Shown: positions 18,938-27,797 of the stretch, one piece after another
How the letters are laid out: each line of letters starts with the position of its first letter
How positions within the stretch are numbered: the first letter of the stretch is position 1
Assembly: GCA_041662745.1 (NCBI GenBank)
Contig: JBAZRV010000004.1
Span: 90,001 to 122,000 of the forward strand
Length of the DNA: 32,000 nt
Direction of reading: 5' to 3'
Origin: Patescibacteria group bacterium
GTDB taxonomy: Bacteria; Patescibacteriota; Patescibacteriia; 2-01-FULL-39-33
Notes under the pieces: generated by a model
Database searches by the model: none
The model's input: only the letters and a program-made list of their open reading frames with translations
What the model was told of the DNA's origin: nothing
Position numbers and translations under genes: made by a program

Positions 18938-19129
18938 GCACCCCTGGTGAAATGGATATCGCGACTGGCTTCGGACCAGTTATCGGGGGTCGCGAAGCGA
19001 CAAGATAGCAATGAACTGCGAGTTATGTCGGAAGACATAACGAGCGAGTGAATGCCGCCGAGGCGCCGGTGGCGCGGCGGCGCTATCCCTGGACAACGAA
19101 TTGTTTCGTTTTCTGACGAAACAGTGAGG
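18938..19129 (+). ncRNA. Chimeric tRNA-Arg(TCG)-like unit: tRNA 5' part fused to a structured body
   Basis: First 53 nt match intact tRNA-Arg at 19170 with 3 mismatches. It then runs GTCGC-GAA-GCGAC, GATAGC...GCTATC, GCGAGTTATGTC-GGAA-GACATAACGAGC, GCCGCC...GGCGGC. 3' boundary is approximate. Confidence 0.6.
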
Positions 19130-19169
19130 CGAAAAGAACCGCCAATAATAATATAAACTAAAAATCTAA

Positions 19170-19241
19170 GCACCCATGGTGAAATGGATATCACGACTGG
19201 CTTCGGACCAGTTATTGGGGGTTCGAATCCCTCTGGGTGCA
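19170..19241 (+). tRNA. tRNA-Arg (TCG)
   Basis: GCACCCA TG GTGA AATGGATA TCAC G ACTGG CTTCGGA CCAGT TATT GGGGG TTCGAAT CCCTC TGGGTGC A. Confidence 0.93.
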
Positions 19242-19263
19242 TAATTAAAATTAAAACAAAACT

Positions 19264-20163
19264 ATGGCTATTTTCTGGATTATCCTTGCTATTTTTGTTC
19301 TGATCGTCTTGGTTTTTGCTTCCGCTTTCACCGTCCAGCAACAAACCGTGGCCGTCATTCAAAGATTCGGCAAATTCAAAAAAATGTCCCATTCCGGACT
19401 CAATCTGCGCCTTCCCCTGATTGACCACATTGCCGGTCATATCAGTTTGCGCATCAACCAATTGGACGTTAAAATTGAAACCAAAACCGAAGACAATGTC
19501 TTTGTCCATGTTACCGTTTCCGTGCAGTACCAGGTTTTGCCGGAAAAATTGTATGACGCTTTTTATAAATTAATCAACCCTAAAGAGCAGATTTCCTCTT
19601 ACGTCTTTGATATTGTCCGCGCTCAAGTTCCGAAACTGAAACTGGACAATGTTTTTGAAAACAAAGATGAGATTGCCAATGCCGTTAACACCGAATTATC
19701 GCAAGCCATGTCTGACTTCGGCTACCAAATCATCAAATCGTTGGTTACTGATATTGAACCTGACGCCCAAGTCAAAGCGGCCATGAATGAAATCAATTCC
19801 GCTCAGCGCCTGCGCGTCGCCGCCCAGGAAAAAGGCGAGGCGGAAAAAGTTTTGATGGTAAAAAAGGCGGAAGCCGAATCAGAAAGCAAAAAATTGCAAG
19901 GCGAGGGCATCGCCAATCAGCGTCGCGCCATTATCAACGGCCTCAAGGAATCGGTTGACGATTTCCAAAAATCAATCAAAGGATCAACCGCCCATGATGT
20001 CATGAATCTGGTAATGGTCACTCAATATTTTGACACCCTGAAAGACATCGGCGCCTCTTCCAAGGCCAATGCCGTTTTCATCCCGCACTCTCCGGGAGCG
20101 GTTGCCGACTTAACGGCGCAAATCCGCGACGCCCTGTTGCAGGCCGACGGAGCCAAACAATAA
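19264..20163 (+). CDS. SPFH/band 7 domain protein (stomatin/prohibitin-like)
   Basis: TVQQQTVAVIQRFGKFKKMSHSGLNLRLPLIDHI...NVHVTVSVQYQV-type SPFH sequence, RLRVAAQEKGEAEK helix. Confidence 0.92.
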   Translation: MAIFWIILAIFVLIVLVFASAFTVQQQTVAVIQRFGKFKKMSHSGLNLRLPLIDHIAGHISLRINQLDVKIETKTEDNVFVHVTVSVQYQVLPEKLYDAFYKLINPKEQISSYVFDIVRAQVPKLKLDNVFENKDEIANAVNTELSQAMSDFGYQIIKSLVTDIEPDAQVKAAMNEINSAQRLRVAAQEKGEAEKVLMVKKAEAESESKKLQGEGIANQRRAIINGLKESVDDFQKSIKGSTAHDVMNLVMVTQYFDTLKDIGASSKANAVFIPHSPGAVADLTAQIRDALLQADGAKQ

Positions 20164-20184
20164 GCTTAACAGTTCCAACCGATA

Positions 20185-20215
20185 AAAACAGCCCGCTTTA
20201 ACAGCGGGCTGTTTT
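20185..20215 (+). terminator. Intrinsic terminator of the SPFH gene
   Basis: aaaacagcccgc-tttaaca-gcgggctgtttt, 12-bp stem. Confidence 0.85.
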
Positions 20216-20307
20216 ATTGACAAAAAAATCATTTATGATAAGCTGACTGAAGCTTAAAACTCATGAACTTAATGAATTGCAAAAATCAACCGGGGAGGAT
20301 CAGCCAG

Positions 20308-21006
20308 ATGAATATCGCTCATTACATTGACCACACCTTGCTTAAGCCGGATGCCACTGTTAGCCAAATTAAGGAGCTTTGTGAGGAGGCAAAACAATAC
20401 AAATTTCATTCAGTCTGCGTTAATCCTTGCCGCGTCTATCAATGTTTGCAAGCCCTGTACGGCACTGGCGTTAAAATTTGCTCGGTAATCGGATTTCCCT
20501 TGGGCGCCAACGACGTAAGAATAAAATTGGCAGAGGCAACAACTGCTCTTGACGACGGCGCCAATGAGCTTGATCTGGTAATCAACATCGGCTACCTTTT
20601 AAGCAATGATTTGCTCTTTATTACTGAAGAGATTGGTATGATTGCTAATGTGACCCATCGTAAGGGTTCTTTGCTTAAGGTTATTATTGAAACCGGACTC
20701 CTAACCGACGAACAAAAAATCATCGCTTGCAAATTGGCGGCTCGGGCTGGAGCTGATTTCGTTAAAACCTGTACCGGTTTCAACGGCGGTCAAGCAACGC
20801 TTGAAGACATTAAATTAATGAGGGCTACAGTCGGCCCCAAAGTGAGAGTCAAGGCCTCGGGCAGTATCCGCGATTATGCCACGGCTATGGCCATGATTGA
20901 AGCTGGCGCCAGTCGTATCGGCACCTCCAGCGGAGTCAAAATTGCAATGGAAGAATTGGAAACGCTGGCCGACCGATTTAACGGTCGGTTAGAAGCTGGG
21001 GAATAG
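20308..21006 (+). CDS. deoC: Deoxyribose-phosphate aldolase
   Basis: IAHYIDHTLLKPDAT, Schiff-base region DFVKTCTGF, VKASGSIRDYATA, GTSSGVKI. Start chosen at Met16, preceded by cggggagg. Confidence 0.95.
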   Translation: MNIAHYIDHTLLKPDATVSQIKELCEEAKQYKFHSVCVNPCRVYQCLQALYGTGVKICSVIGFPLGANDVRIKLAEATTALDDGANELDLVINIGYLLSNDLLFITEEIGMIANVTHRKGSLLKVIIETGLLTDEQKIIACKLAARAGADFVKTCTGFNGGQATLEDIKLMRATVGPKVRVKASGSIRDYATAMAMIEAGASRIGTSSGVKIAMEELETLADRFNGRLEAGE

Positions 21007-21012
21007 GACTTT

Positions 21013-21045
21013 AAAACGGCTCGCAAATGCAAGCCGTTTTTTATT
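21013..21045 (+). terminator. Intrinsic terminator of deoC
   Basis: aaaacggctcgc-aaat-gcaagccgtttttta stem plus T run. Confidence 0.8.
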
Positions 21046-21152
21046 TTTTAAAATCGGTTAAAATCTTGAGTCCCGTGTTTAGATAATTTAAAAGAGGCAT
21101 AAACGACCCTGTTAAATTAATGCTCTATTCTTAAAATAGTCCGAACGCATTT

Positions 21153-21211
21153 CGCCGCCGCAGGCGGCGAGGAATTCCCCCCGCGAAAATATGAAAAGGC
21201 GGCGGAGCCGC
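21153..21211. repeat. Pair of GC-rich palindromes (REP/BIME-like)
   Basis: cgccgcc-gca-ggcggcg (21153-21169) and gcggc-gga-gccgc (21199-21211), also mutually complementary. Confidence 0.5.
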
Positions 21212-21303
21212 ACCGCTAACAATTTCAAGTTTTTCTTAGACGACAAATTATAAAAAAAATAGGCCACCTACCCGCTGTACGAGTAAATGGCCTATGAAAT
21301 GGC

Positions 21304-21828
21304 CTAAGTCGGTTGATTAGCGACCGAGAGGAGCAACTCTTCAATTCGATCGCCGTAGTCAAGAAGAAGATGTTCAAATCCTTTCTCGCCGTAGTCAAGA
21401 ATTTTCAAACGAACACCGTCGTAAGAAAAATTCTCTTTGCGGTCAAAGGTGTGTGAACACGGCAATAGTGCTTTTAGATACTCACGATCGCCGGTTCTGT
21501 AAACCTTTTCGGTCAATTCATCGCCACCAAAAGTGAAATTGCTTACTCCGTTCTCCCGATGGTAGATATTAACGAAAATGAGAGGGAGATAAAGACGGGC
21601 GAGCAATTTGTGCCTTGTGTGAAGATAGCAAACCGCTTCACGCATATTCTCCATGACCCCGCCGAGAACTATCATCTTGAAAAAGCACCAGCTTAACCAG
21701 AATCGCTTCCGATATTTGATAACATCTTCAAAAATAAGGGTGAAAAAATGAATAAGCCTCACTCTTGGTATTTTTATAACAACAGGTCCGATTACACAGA
21801 CATACCTATGAACGCCGATGTACCACAT
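21304..21828 (-). CDS. Hypothetical protein
   Basis: The ORF to 21987 would run into tRNA-Leu; the plausible start is Met54 (MWYIGVHRYVC) at 21828. No family assigned. Confidence 0.5.
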   Translation of the reverse strand: MWYIGVHRYVCVIGPVVIKIPRVRLIHFFTLIFEDVIKYRKRFWLSWCFFKMIVLGGVMENMREAVCYLHTRHKLLARLYLPLIFVNIYHRENGVSNFTFGGDELTEKVYRTGDREYLKALLPCSHTFDRKENFSYDGVRLKILDYGEKGFEHLLLDYGDRIEELLLSVANQPT

Positions 21829-21962
21829 TTTTTTCACCTCTTTTCCGCCTGGTTTAAAATGTACGTTTCTAATTAAACCCGCTTTAAGCTTAATGACCCA
21901 TTGTACACTTTTCTCTGAAAAAGTCAACCGCAACAACAAAAACGTAAATTCACCATAATTAG

Positions 21963-22045
21963 TGCCCAAGGTGAGACTCGAACTCACACGGCCTTGCGAC
22001 CAACAGATTTTAAGTCTGTCGTGTATACCATTTCACCACTTGGGC
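21963..22045 (-). tRNA. tRNA-Leu (TAA)
   Basis: GCCCAAG...ACAGA CTTAAAA TCTGT...variable arm TTGGTCGCAAGGCCGT...GTTCGAGTC...CTTGGGC A. Confidence 0.92.
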
Positions 22046-22130
22046 TCACAAAAAAAGAAATTAAGAAAAAAGAAATAAACAGTATCGGTCCTTAATTTCT
22101 AATTTCTCAATTTCTAATTTCTTTCATCTA

Positions 22131-22204
22131 AGCGGCGAAAGGGATTCGAACCCTCGACCTCTTCCTTGGCAAGGAAGCGTTCTAGCCAACTGAACTACCG
22201 CCGC
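22131..22204 (-). tRNA. tRNA-Gly (GCC)
   Basis: GCGGCGG TA GTTC AGTTGGCTA GAAC G CTTCC TTGCCAA GGAAG AGGTC GAGGG TTCGAAT CCCTT TCGCCGC T. Confidence 0.93.
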
Positions 22205-22226
22205 ACAATAAAATATAAAGTAACTT

Positions 22227-22397
22227 TTCCGCCACAGAGGTCGACCAAAGGTCGTTCCGGGGCAGCGCTGAATGCTCCTGATGGTCGCATTCATCGGCAC
22301 TCGATTTCGCTTTCAGCTCATCTCGTTGCTGCCCGTTCAGATTACTGAACCCTCTTCCTTGGCAAGGAAGCGTTCTAGCCAACTGAACTACCGCCGC
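22227..22397 (-). ncRNA. Chimeric tRNA-Gly(GCC)-like unit: tRNA 5' part fused to a structured body
   Basis: First 47 nt (22351-22397) are identical to the intact tRNA-Gly. They continue into GTTCAG-TAAT-CTGAAC, GGGCAG...CTGCCC, ACGAGAT...ATCGAGT, GAATGC...GCATTC, CGACC-TTT-GGTCG. Confidence 0.65.
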
Positions 22398-22480
22398 ACA
22401 AATACCAATCAAATACGACTAAAACGAACATCGGTATTTTAACAAAAAATATCGCCTAAGTCAAGAGCGCTTTTTATAAC

Positions 22481-23503
22481 CTACAAATACAGATTGCTTT
22501 CCATTACTTCCTTGGTGATTATCCCTTGTTTATACAAGCCGTTAAGCGAATTATCCATGGTTACCATGCCTTCTTTGGCGCTGGTCTGAATGACCGTTTT
22601 CAATTGGGAAATCTTGTTCTCGCGAATCAGATTGCTGACCGCCGGAGTATTGATCAGGATTTCTCGCGCTGCTACGCGACCGCCACCAGAGGCCGGAATC
22701 AACCGCTGGGAAATAATGCCCTTCAAAGTGATAGAGATCTGCATGCGGACCTGATTCTGCTGATGGGGCGGGAAAATATCAATAATACGATCAATGGTCT
22801 GGGCGGCATTATAGGTATGCAAGGTGGCAAAAACCAAATGGCCGGTTTCCGCCAAGGTGATGGTGGTGGCGATGGTTTCCAAATTGCGCATTTCTCCTAC
22901 CATCACCACATTGGGATCTTGGCGCAAAACATGCACCAGGCCGTCCTGAAACGACAGCATGTCCGTGCCCAGCTGTCGCTGGCGGATAATGCTCTTATCA
23001 TGCTGAAAAATAAACTCCATCGGATCTTCCAAGGTGATGATATTCTCGTTGCGATTCTTATTGATATATTCAATCATTGAAGCTAAGGATGTGGATTTGC
23101 CGCAGCCGGTCGGACCGGTAACCAAAATCAATCCCCTGTCCAAATTGCATAAATCATAAACCACCTTGGGCATGCCAATATCCTCCATGCTGGGAATAAT
23201 ATTCGGGATGGTTCTGGCAGACAAAGAAATAGCTTCCTTTTCAAACTGTAAATTGACTCTGAAACGAAAACCGTCGCCGTCGTCATAAGCAAAATCAAGA
23301 TTTTTTTCAATCAAAAACTTCTTGAAACGGCTTTCTTCCACCATGCCGCTGACCATGGTTTCAATCTCTTTAGCGCTAAGCGGTTTGCCTTCCATGGGCT
23401 TCAATTCGCCGTCTATGCGCAAGTAAGGCGGCAATCCCGCGACCAAATGCAAATCCGAAGCATTGGCTGCAACGACCTGCTTAAACACGCTTTCTAAAGT
23501 CAT
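22481..23503 (-). CDS. pilT: PilT/PilU-like twitching motility / type II secretion ATPase
   Basis: VTGPTGCGKSTSLASMIEYIN, Asp box, EVRNLE-like VGEMRNLETI, VFATLHTYNAAQTIDRIID. Confidence 0.93.
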   Translation of the reverse strand: MTLESVFKQVVAANASDLHLVAGLPPYLRIDGELKPMEGKPLSAKEIETMVSGMVEESRFKKFLIEKNLDFAYDDGDGFRFRVNLQFEKEAISLSARTIPNIIPSMEDIGMPKVVYDLCNLDRGLILVTGPTGCGKSTSLASMIEYINKNRNENIITLEDPMEFIFQHDKSIIRQRQLGTDMLSFQDGLVHVLRQDPNVVMVGEMRNLETIATTITLAETGHLVFATLHTYNAAQTIDRIIDIFPPHQQNQVRMQISITLKGIISQRLIPASGGGRVAAREILINTPAVSNLIRENKISQLKTVIQTSAKEGMVTMDNSLNGLYKQGIITKEVMESNLYL

Positions 23504-23519
23504 AAAAGTATATTATGTT

Positions 23520-24215
23520 TTACTTTTCCCATTTTTTAATAGCCAAAGCCGCTTTTGCCGCAGCAATTTGCGCCTCCTGCTTGCTGGATCCCTCGCCGAA
23601 AGCGATCAAGTCTTTTTCTAAATAAACGCCGACCTTAAAAATCTTGGCATGGTCGGGGCCGGAAGAAGAAATGACTTTGTAAGCCGGGGTAATACCCAAC
23701 TTTTCCTGGGCTTTCTCCTGAAAATGGCTTTTGGGATCAATATAAAGTTTTTTCTCCAAAATATCTTCCAGTTTGGAAACGATGTTCTTAATGACAAACT
23801 TGCCGGCCACTTTAAAGCCATGCTCTAAATAAATCGCGCCGATTACCGCTTCCATGGCATTGGCCAAAATATACTGGCGCGCCTTGGAATTCTTGTCCCG
23901 GCTCTCGCCTTTGGACATCAACAGGTATTCCTCCAAACCCAGCTCCGCGGCCACTTCGGCCAACGAGTCGCCATTGACCAATGAGGCGCGCCAATTGGTC
24001 AGCTCGCCTTCGGGATTGGAAAAATTTTCGTACAGATATTCAGTCACCGCCAACTCTAAAACCGCATCGCCTAAAAACTCCAAACGCTCATTATGATCAA
24101 GCTTGAAGTCGGGATGCTCATTAATATAAGAGCGATGAACCAAGGCGGAAATCAACAGATCATGATCCTTAAACTTTACGCCTAGGCTTTTTTCCAGTTT
24201 GGTTATTTCGGACAT
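23520..24215 (-). CDS. rnc: Ribonuclease III
   Basis: HNERLEFLGDAVLELAVTEYLY signature and C-terminal dsRBD (GSSKQEAQIAAAKAAL). Confidence 0.96.
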   Translation of the reverse strand: MSEITKLEKSLGVKFKDHDLLISALVHRSYINEHPDFKLDHNERLEFLGDAVLELAVTEYLYENFSNPEGELTNWRASLVNGDSLAEVAAELGLEEYLLMSKGESRDKNSKARQYILANAMEAVIGAIYLEHGFKVAGKFVIKNIVSKLEDILEKKLYIDPKSHFQEKAQEKLGITPAYKVISSSGPDHAKIFKVGVYLEKDLIAFGEGSSKQEAQIAAAKAALAIKKWEK

Positions 24216-24315
24216 GTCACCTTCTAAAAACAGATACCAAATATTGAATAGTGAATATTCCTACGATTACCGAAAAAATATTCAATATCTAATAGCCGAT
24301 ATTTGCTATTAATAA

Positions 24316-24804
24316 TTATTGTTGCGGCGCAGGGCCGGCGGACTGCTCCTTTTCTTTGGCTCGCTTTTCCGCCGAACGCTTATCAATCTCTTTTTCGCCC
24401 ATATCCTTGTAAACAGCGCCTAAAACGCCATTAACAAATTTTCCGGAAGATTCGCCGCCGAACGCCTTGGCCAATTCTATGGATTCATTTATCGCCACCT
24501 TGGCCGGAACGTTTTCATCATAGCGCAATTCATAAGTGCCTAAGCGCAAAACATTGCGATCCACGATAGTGATCTGATCCAGTGGCCACTCCGGAGCGAA
24601 TTTGGTAATCAGGGCATCAATTTCTTCAACATGATCCATCACGCCCTGCACCAATTGCCTCATAAAACCTCCATCGGAAAAATCCGGGGCAAAGGCCTCT
24701 TTGTTTTGTTCTAAAATTTCTAACGGGTTGCCTTGACGATCATTGAAATCCCACTGATAAAGAGTTTGGACTGCGATGGTGCGCGATAAATGGCGATTGG
24801 ACAT
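24316..24804 (-). CDS. nusB: Transcription antitermination factor NusB
   Basis: [51 protein letters not shown]. Confidence 0.95.
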   Translation of the reverse strand: MSNRHLSRTIAVQTLYQWDFNDRQGNPLEILEQNKEAFAPDFSDGGFMRQLVQGVMDHVEEIDALITKFAPEWPLDQITIVDRNVLRLGTYELRYDENVPAKVAINESIELAKAFGGESSGKFVNGVLGAVYKDMGEKEIDKRSAEKRAKEKEQSAGPAPQQ

Positions 24805-24839
24805 ACGATTAAAGTGCTTAAAGGTGCTTTAAAATAAAA

Positions 24840-25052
24840 TTACTTTTTCTTTTTGGCTTTGGCGGCTTGCGATTTGATCTTAATCTTAATCGCCGTCCGG
24901 CCCTTATAATTACCACAAATACCACAAGCATGGTGAGGCATCACCGGTTTGCCGCATTGAGTGCACTTGGCTAAAGCTTTGGGCTTGAGCGCAAAATGAG
25001 ATGCTCGTTCCTTTTTTGATGTTTTGGTTCTTCGTTTGCTAGGTAAACCCAT
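24840..25052 (-). CDS. rpmF: 50S ribosomal protein L32
   Basis: MGLPSKRRTKTSKKER...CTQCGKPVMPHHACGICGNYKGR, four-Cys form. Confidence 0.93.
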   Translation of the reverse strand: MGLPSKRRTKTSKKERASHFALKPKALAKCTQCGKPVMPHHACGICGNYKGRTAIKIKIKSQAAKAKKKK

Positions 25053-25213
25053 AAATTTGATTGAATGTTTTCCTGTCTCCGTCCGCCGATTATAACGGGC
25101 CGGATTAAGAATTCAGAAATTATTTGTTAGTTTTCTACACTTAGAGTAACATAATAACGAGAAAAAAGCAAATGTATAATAAAACCCGACACTGTGGCGC
25201 CGGGCTGAAAGAT

Positions 25214-25993
25214 CTAATGATTAAAAACAAAAACGGTTCCGAAATTGTGGCAATTATCGCCTAAACTTCCACCTTCACTGTTATCATCGGTGCGCAGATT
25301 GTTAACAGCCCAAACCAAAAAATTCGGTTCATGGCCGGGCGCCAGGCTAAACTTAATTCCCATTTCAGCAATTTGCCGGCCAACCGCCAATTTAACCTTG
25401 GCTCCGTCCTGACCCGCTCTGTGGGCATTGCCACCGGACACATATTCGTACAACTGATCGTAATTCTGCCGATTAATAACCCTGACATGGCCGTCATTAT
25501 CGCTAATGGCCGGCTGATCAATGCCCATAATCGCCATGCCGGGATAGAGCAGCTGACACAGTCGTAAAAAAAGATGGTCATTATCCGCAAGCTCCGATAA
25601 ATTCCTAATCTCTTCATTACTGACCACATCATTGGCATTAAAAATTGGCACCACCCCTTGGGTTAACGCCTCTTCAATCACTGTTTTAATAAAAGCGCTG
25701 TTTTTCTCAAAATCCCAATCAACCAAAAGCATTTGCGCCGCTTCCAAGCCATAGATTCCAAGATACTCAATATATTTGGCCATTAGCCGGGGCATGCCCA
25801 CAGCGGCGCGCAGATTGCCGGATCGAGTCGCATGCGGGTCGCTCTTGATTGCGCCGGAAGTCACCAAAAAAATCTCATGACCGATCGCTGTCAATTTGGC
25901 AATCTGTTGGCACAAATCAACCATGAACGGATAGTTTATGCCATTGCCCTTTTTAGTCAGAAGCGATGAGCCAACCTTAATGCCGATACGCAT
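25214..25993 (-). CDS. Glutamate 5-kinase-like amino acid kinase
   Basis: MRIGIKVGSSLLT, FLVTSGAIKSD, PIFNANDVVS...DNDHL. ORF starts at 26035 (TTG), but ATG at 25993 gives the canonical N-terminus. Confidence 0.75.
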   Translation of the reverse strand: MRIGIKVGSSLLTKKGNGINYPFMVDLCQQIAKLTAIGHEIFLVTSGAIKSDPHATRSGNLRAAVGMPRLMAKYIEYLGIYGLEAAQMLLVDWDFEKNSAFIKTVIEEALTQGVVPIFNANDVVSNEEIRNLSELADNDHLFLRLCQLLYPGMAIMGIDQPAISDNDGHVRVINRQNYDQLYEYVSGGNAHRAGQDGAKVKLAVGRQIAEMGIKFSLAPGHEPNFLVWAVNNLRTDDNSEGGSLGDNCHNFGTVFVFNH

Positions 25994-26073
25994 GCATGTT
26001 CTCCTTATTGTCCTTGCCTCAATTTGAAAGTTCAATATGATTCATATCATTATAGTAAAATAAATAATATTTG

Positions 26074-26625
26074 TCAATAACCGAAAACCTGCGCCTCAAA
26101 AACGTACAGCTCGGTAGCCGGATCATCGTAAGCATCCGGCTCCAATCCGGCTTTATCCACACAGAGGTGTTGCAAAAACTCTTCCCGCGTCCAACCGGTT
26201 TCCTTGGCCACCTGCGGCAGAAAAACTCCGCTGCGGCCGTCGCGTTTGACTATTACGCCCTGCCGGCCCAATTCAATCTTACGCCAATCAGTTATCTTTT
26301 CCGGCCGGGATAAAACACTCACTTCATATTCCAATTCCGGCAACTCCTCCGCCTCAAGCGGCATAAAGCGCCAATCATGCGTCGCCGCCTCCACCGCCAT
26401 TTCTTTAACCGTCTGCCACAACGGCTTAGCCGCTTCAATCATACCGATACAGCCGCGCAATTCACCGCCCCGCCTTAGGGTGACAAACGCCCCTTCCGGT
26501 TCCGCCAAACGCCGATCAGTGTTGTTATATTCTTTAAATCCGACCCCGCCGATGCGTTCCTCCACCGCCGACCTGGCAATATCCAATAGATCTTTTTGCT
26601 GTTTTTTGCTGAGTAAGGCGATCAT
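26074..26625 (-). CDS. amrA: AMMECR1 domain protein (AmmeMemoRadiSam system protein A)
   Basis: AFVTLRRGGELRGCIGMIEA...YEVSVLSRPEKI...GVFLPQVAKETGW. Confidence 0.9.
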   Translation of the reverse strand: MIALLSKKQQKDLLDIARSAVEERIGGVGFKEYNNTDRRLAEPEGAFVTLRRGGELRGCIGMIEAAKPLWQTVKEMAVEAATHDWRFMPLEAEELPELEYEVSVLSRPEKITDWRKIELGRQGVIVKRDGRSGVFLPQVAKETGWTREEFLQHLCVDKAGLEPDAYDDPATELYVFEAQVFGY

Positions 26626-27500
26626 ATATAAATATTTTTCAAGCCGGCTTTAACGCCGATGCTTTTGGCTTTGGCAATGGCCTCCTGAGCCGTAGCGGGC
26701 AATTGTTTCAGTTTCCACGCCACCTCCGGAGAAAATCTAAGCAGATGCCAAGGCGTTTCCGCTCCCAATTCTCTAGCAATGAATTCAGCCAGATTTTTAA
26801 GCATGCTTTCTTCATCGGACAGGGTCGGCACGATAAGCGTAGTGATTTCCAGATGCACGCCGGCGGCTTTGACGGCCTGCAAATTTTCCAGCACCGGCTC
26901 CAATTTCGCCTGGCAAACCTTCAAATAAAATTCCGAATCATAAGACTTCAAATCAATATTGACAGCATCCAAGTGAGGCAAAACTTCCGCTAAGCATTCC
27001 GGCGACATATAACCGTTGGATACCCAGATGTTTTTTAATCCTCGTTCCCGCGCCAATTTCATAATGTCTAAGGCGTACTCGGCAAAGATCGTCGGTTCCG
27101 AATAAGTGTAAGAAATGGACGGACAGTCGTTTGCTATCGCCTGCGTCACGATTTGTTCCGGCGTAACCAGCGGCGGCGTTTCTAATAACTCCTTCCTGTC
27201 GCCAACCTGACTAATGTCGTAATTCTGGCAATTAGCGCAATGAAAATTACAACCGAAGGTCCCGAACGAATAAGTCATGGTGCCGGACATGAACCGCCTC
27301 AACGGCTTCTTTTCAATCGGATCAATGTTTATGGCTACGGGTCGACCGTAAGTGTAAGCGCGCAGTCGGCCGTCAATATTTTGCCGTACGCCGCAGCGGC
27401 CGAATCGGCTAGTGGCGATAATGCAATAATGGCAACACAGCCGGCAGATTAATCGTCCGTCTTCTTGTAGGGCATAAAATTTAGCTTCTTTGGGCGGCAT
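26622..27500 (-). CDS. amrS: AmmeMemoRadiSam system radical SAM enzyme
   Basis: GCNFHCANCQNYDIS (CxxxCxxC), YTYSEPTIFAEYALD, LRFSPEVAWKLKQLP. Overlaps the AMMECR1 gene. Confidence 0.92.
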   Translation of the reverse strand: MPPKEAKFYALQEDGRLICRLCCHYCIIATSRFGRCGVRQNIDGRLRAYTYGRPVAINIDPIEKKPLRRFMSGTMTYSFGTFGCNFHCANCQNYDISQVGDRKELLETPPLVTPEQIVTQAIANDCPSISYTYSEPTIFAEYALDIMKLARERGLKNIWVSNGYMSPECLAEVLPHLDAVNIDLKSYDSEFYLKVCQAKLEPVLENLQAVKAAGVHLEITTLIVPTLSDEESMLKNLAEFIARELGAETPWHLLRFSPEVAWKLKQLPATAQEAIAKAKSIGVKAGLKNIYI

Positions 27501-27797
27501 ACGGTTATGGCTTATGACTTCATTATATGATATTCCAACTATTTTTAGTAATTATCCTTGTGGTTTAAATTGTAAATATGACAATAACCAATCTTTTTGC
27601 CAAGCGACATTTTGCATTTTCGTCCAAAACGCAGACGCTAACTTTTAATACCAATAAAATACCTAAAATTAAACAAAAAAATATACAAAATAAATAAAAT
27701 AATACTAAACTTGACATTTATGGCTAATATATGCTAAGGTAGCAGGTTAGCTCATTACAATTTAATAATGAACAAACAATGGAAAGGAAGAACAAAC

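Noticed and set aside
18624-19129. Group I intron in tRNA as the explanation for the interrupted heads.
   Set aside because: Bodies of roughly 110-140 nt are too small, I see no recognisable P3-P8 core, and the break is at tRNA position ~46-53 rather than in the anticodon loop. A complete second tRNA also follows. A formal cmscan is still needed.
18624-19129. Conventional prophage/integrative-element att duplication at tRNA genes.
   Set aside because: The duplicated part is the 5' half plus anticodon arm, not the 3' end. Spacing is under 200 nt with no integrase, and three different tRNA identities carry related bodies.
18916-19509. 197-aa minus-strand ORF overlapping the Arg-like unit, tRNA-Arg and the start of the SPFH gene.
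   Set aside because: Antisense to a well-supported tRNA and CDS; not coding.
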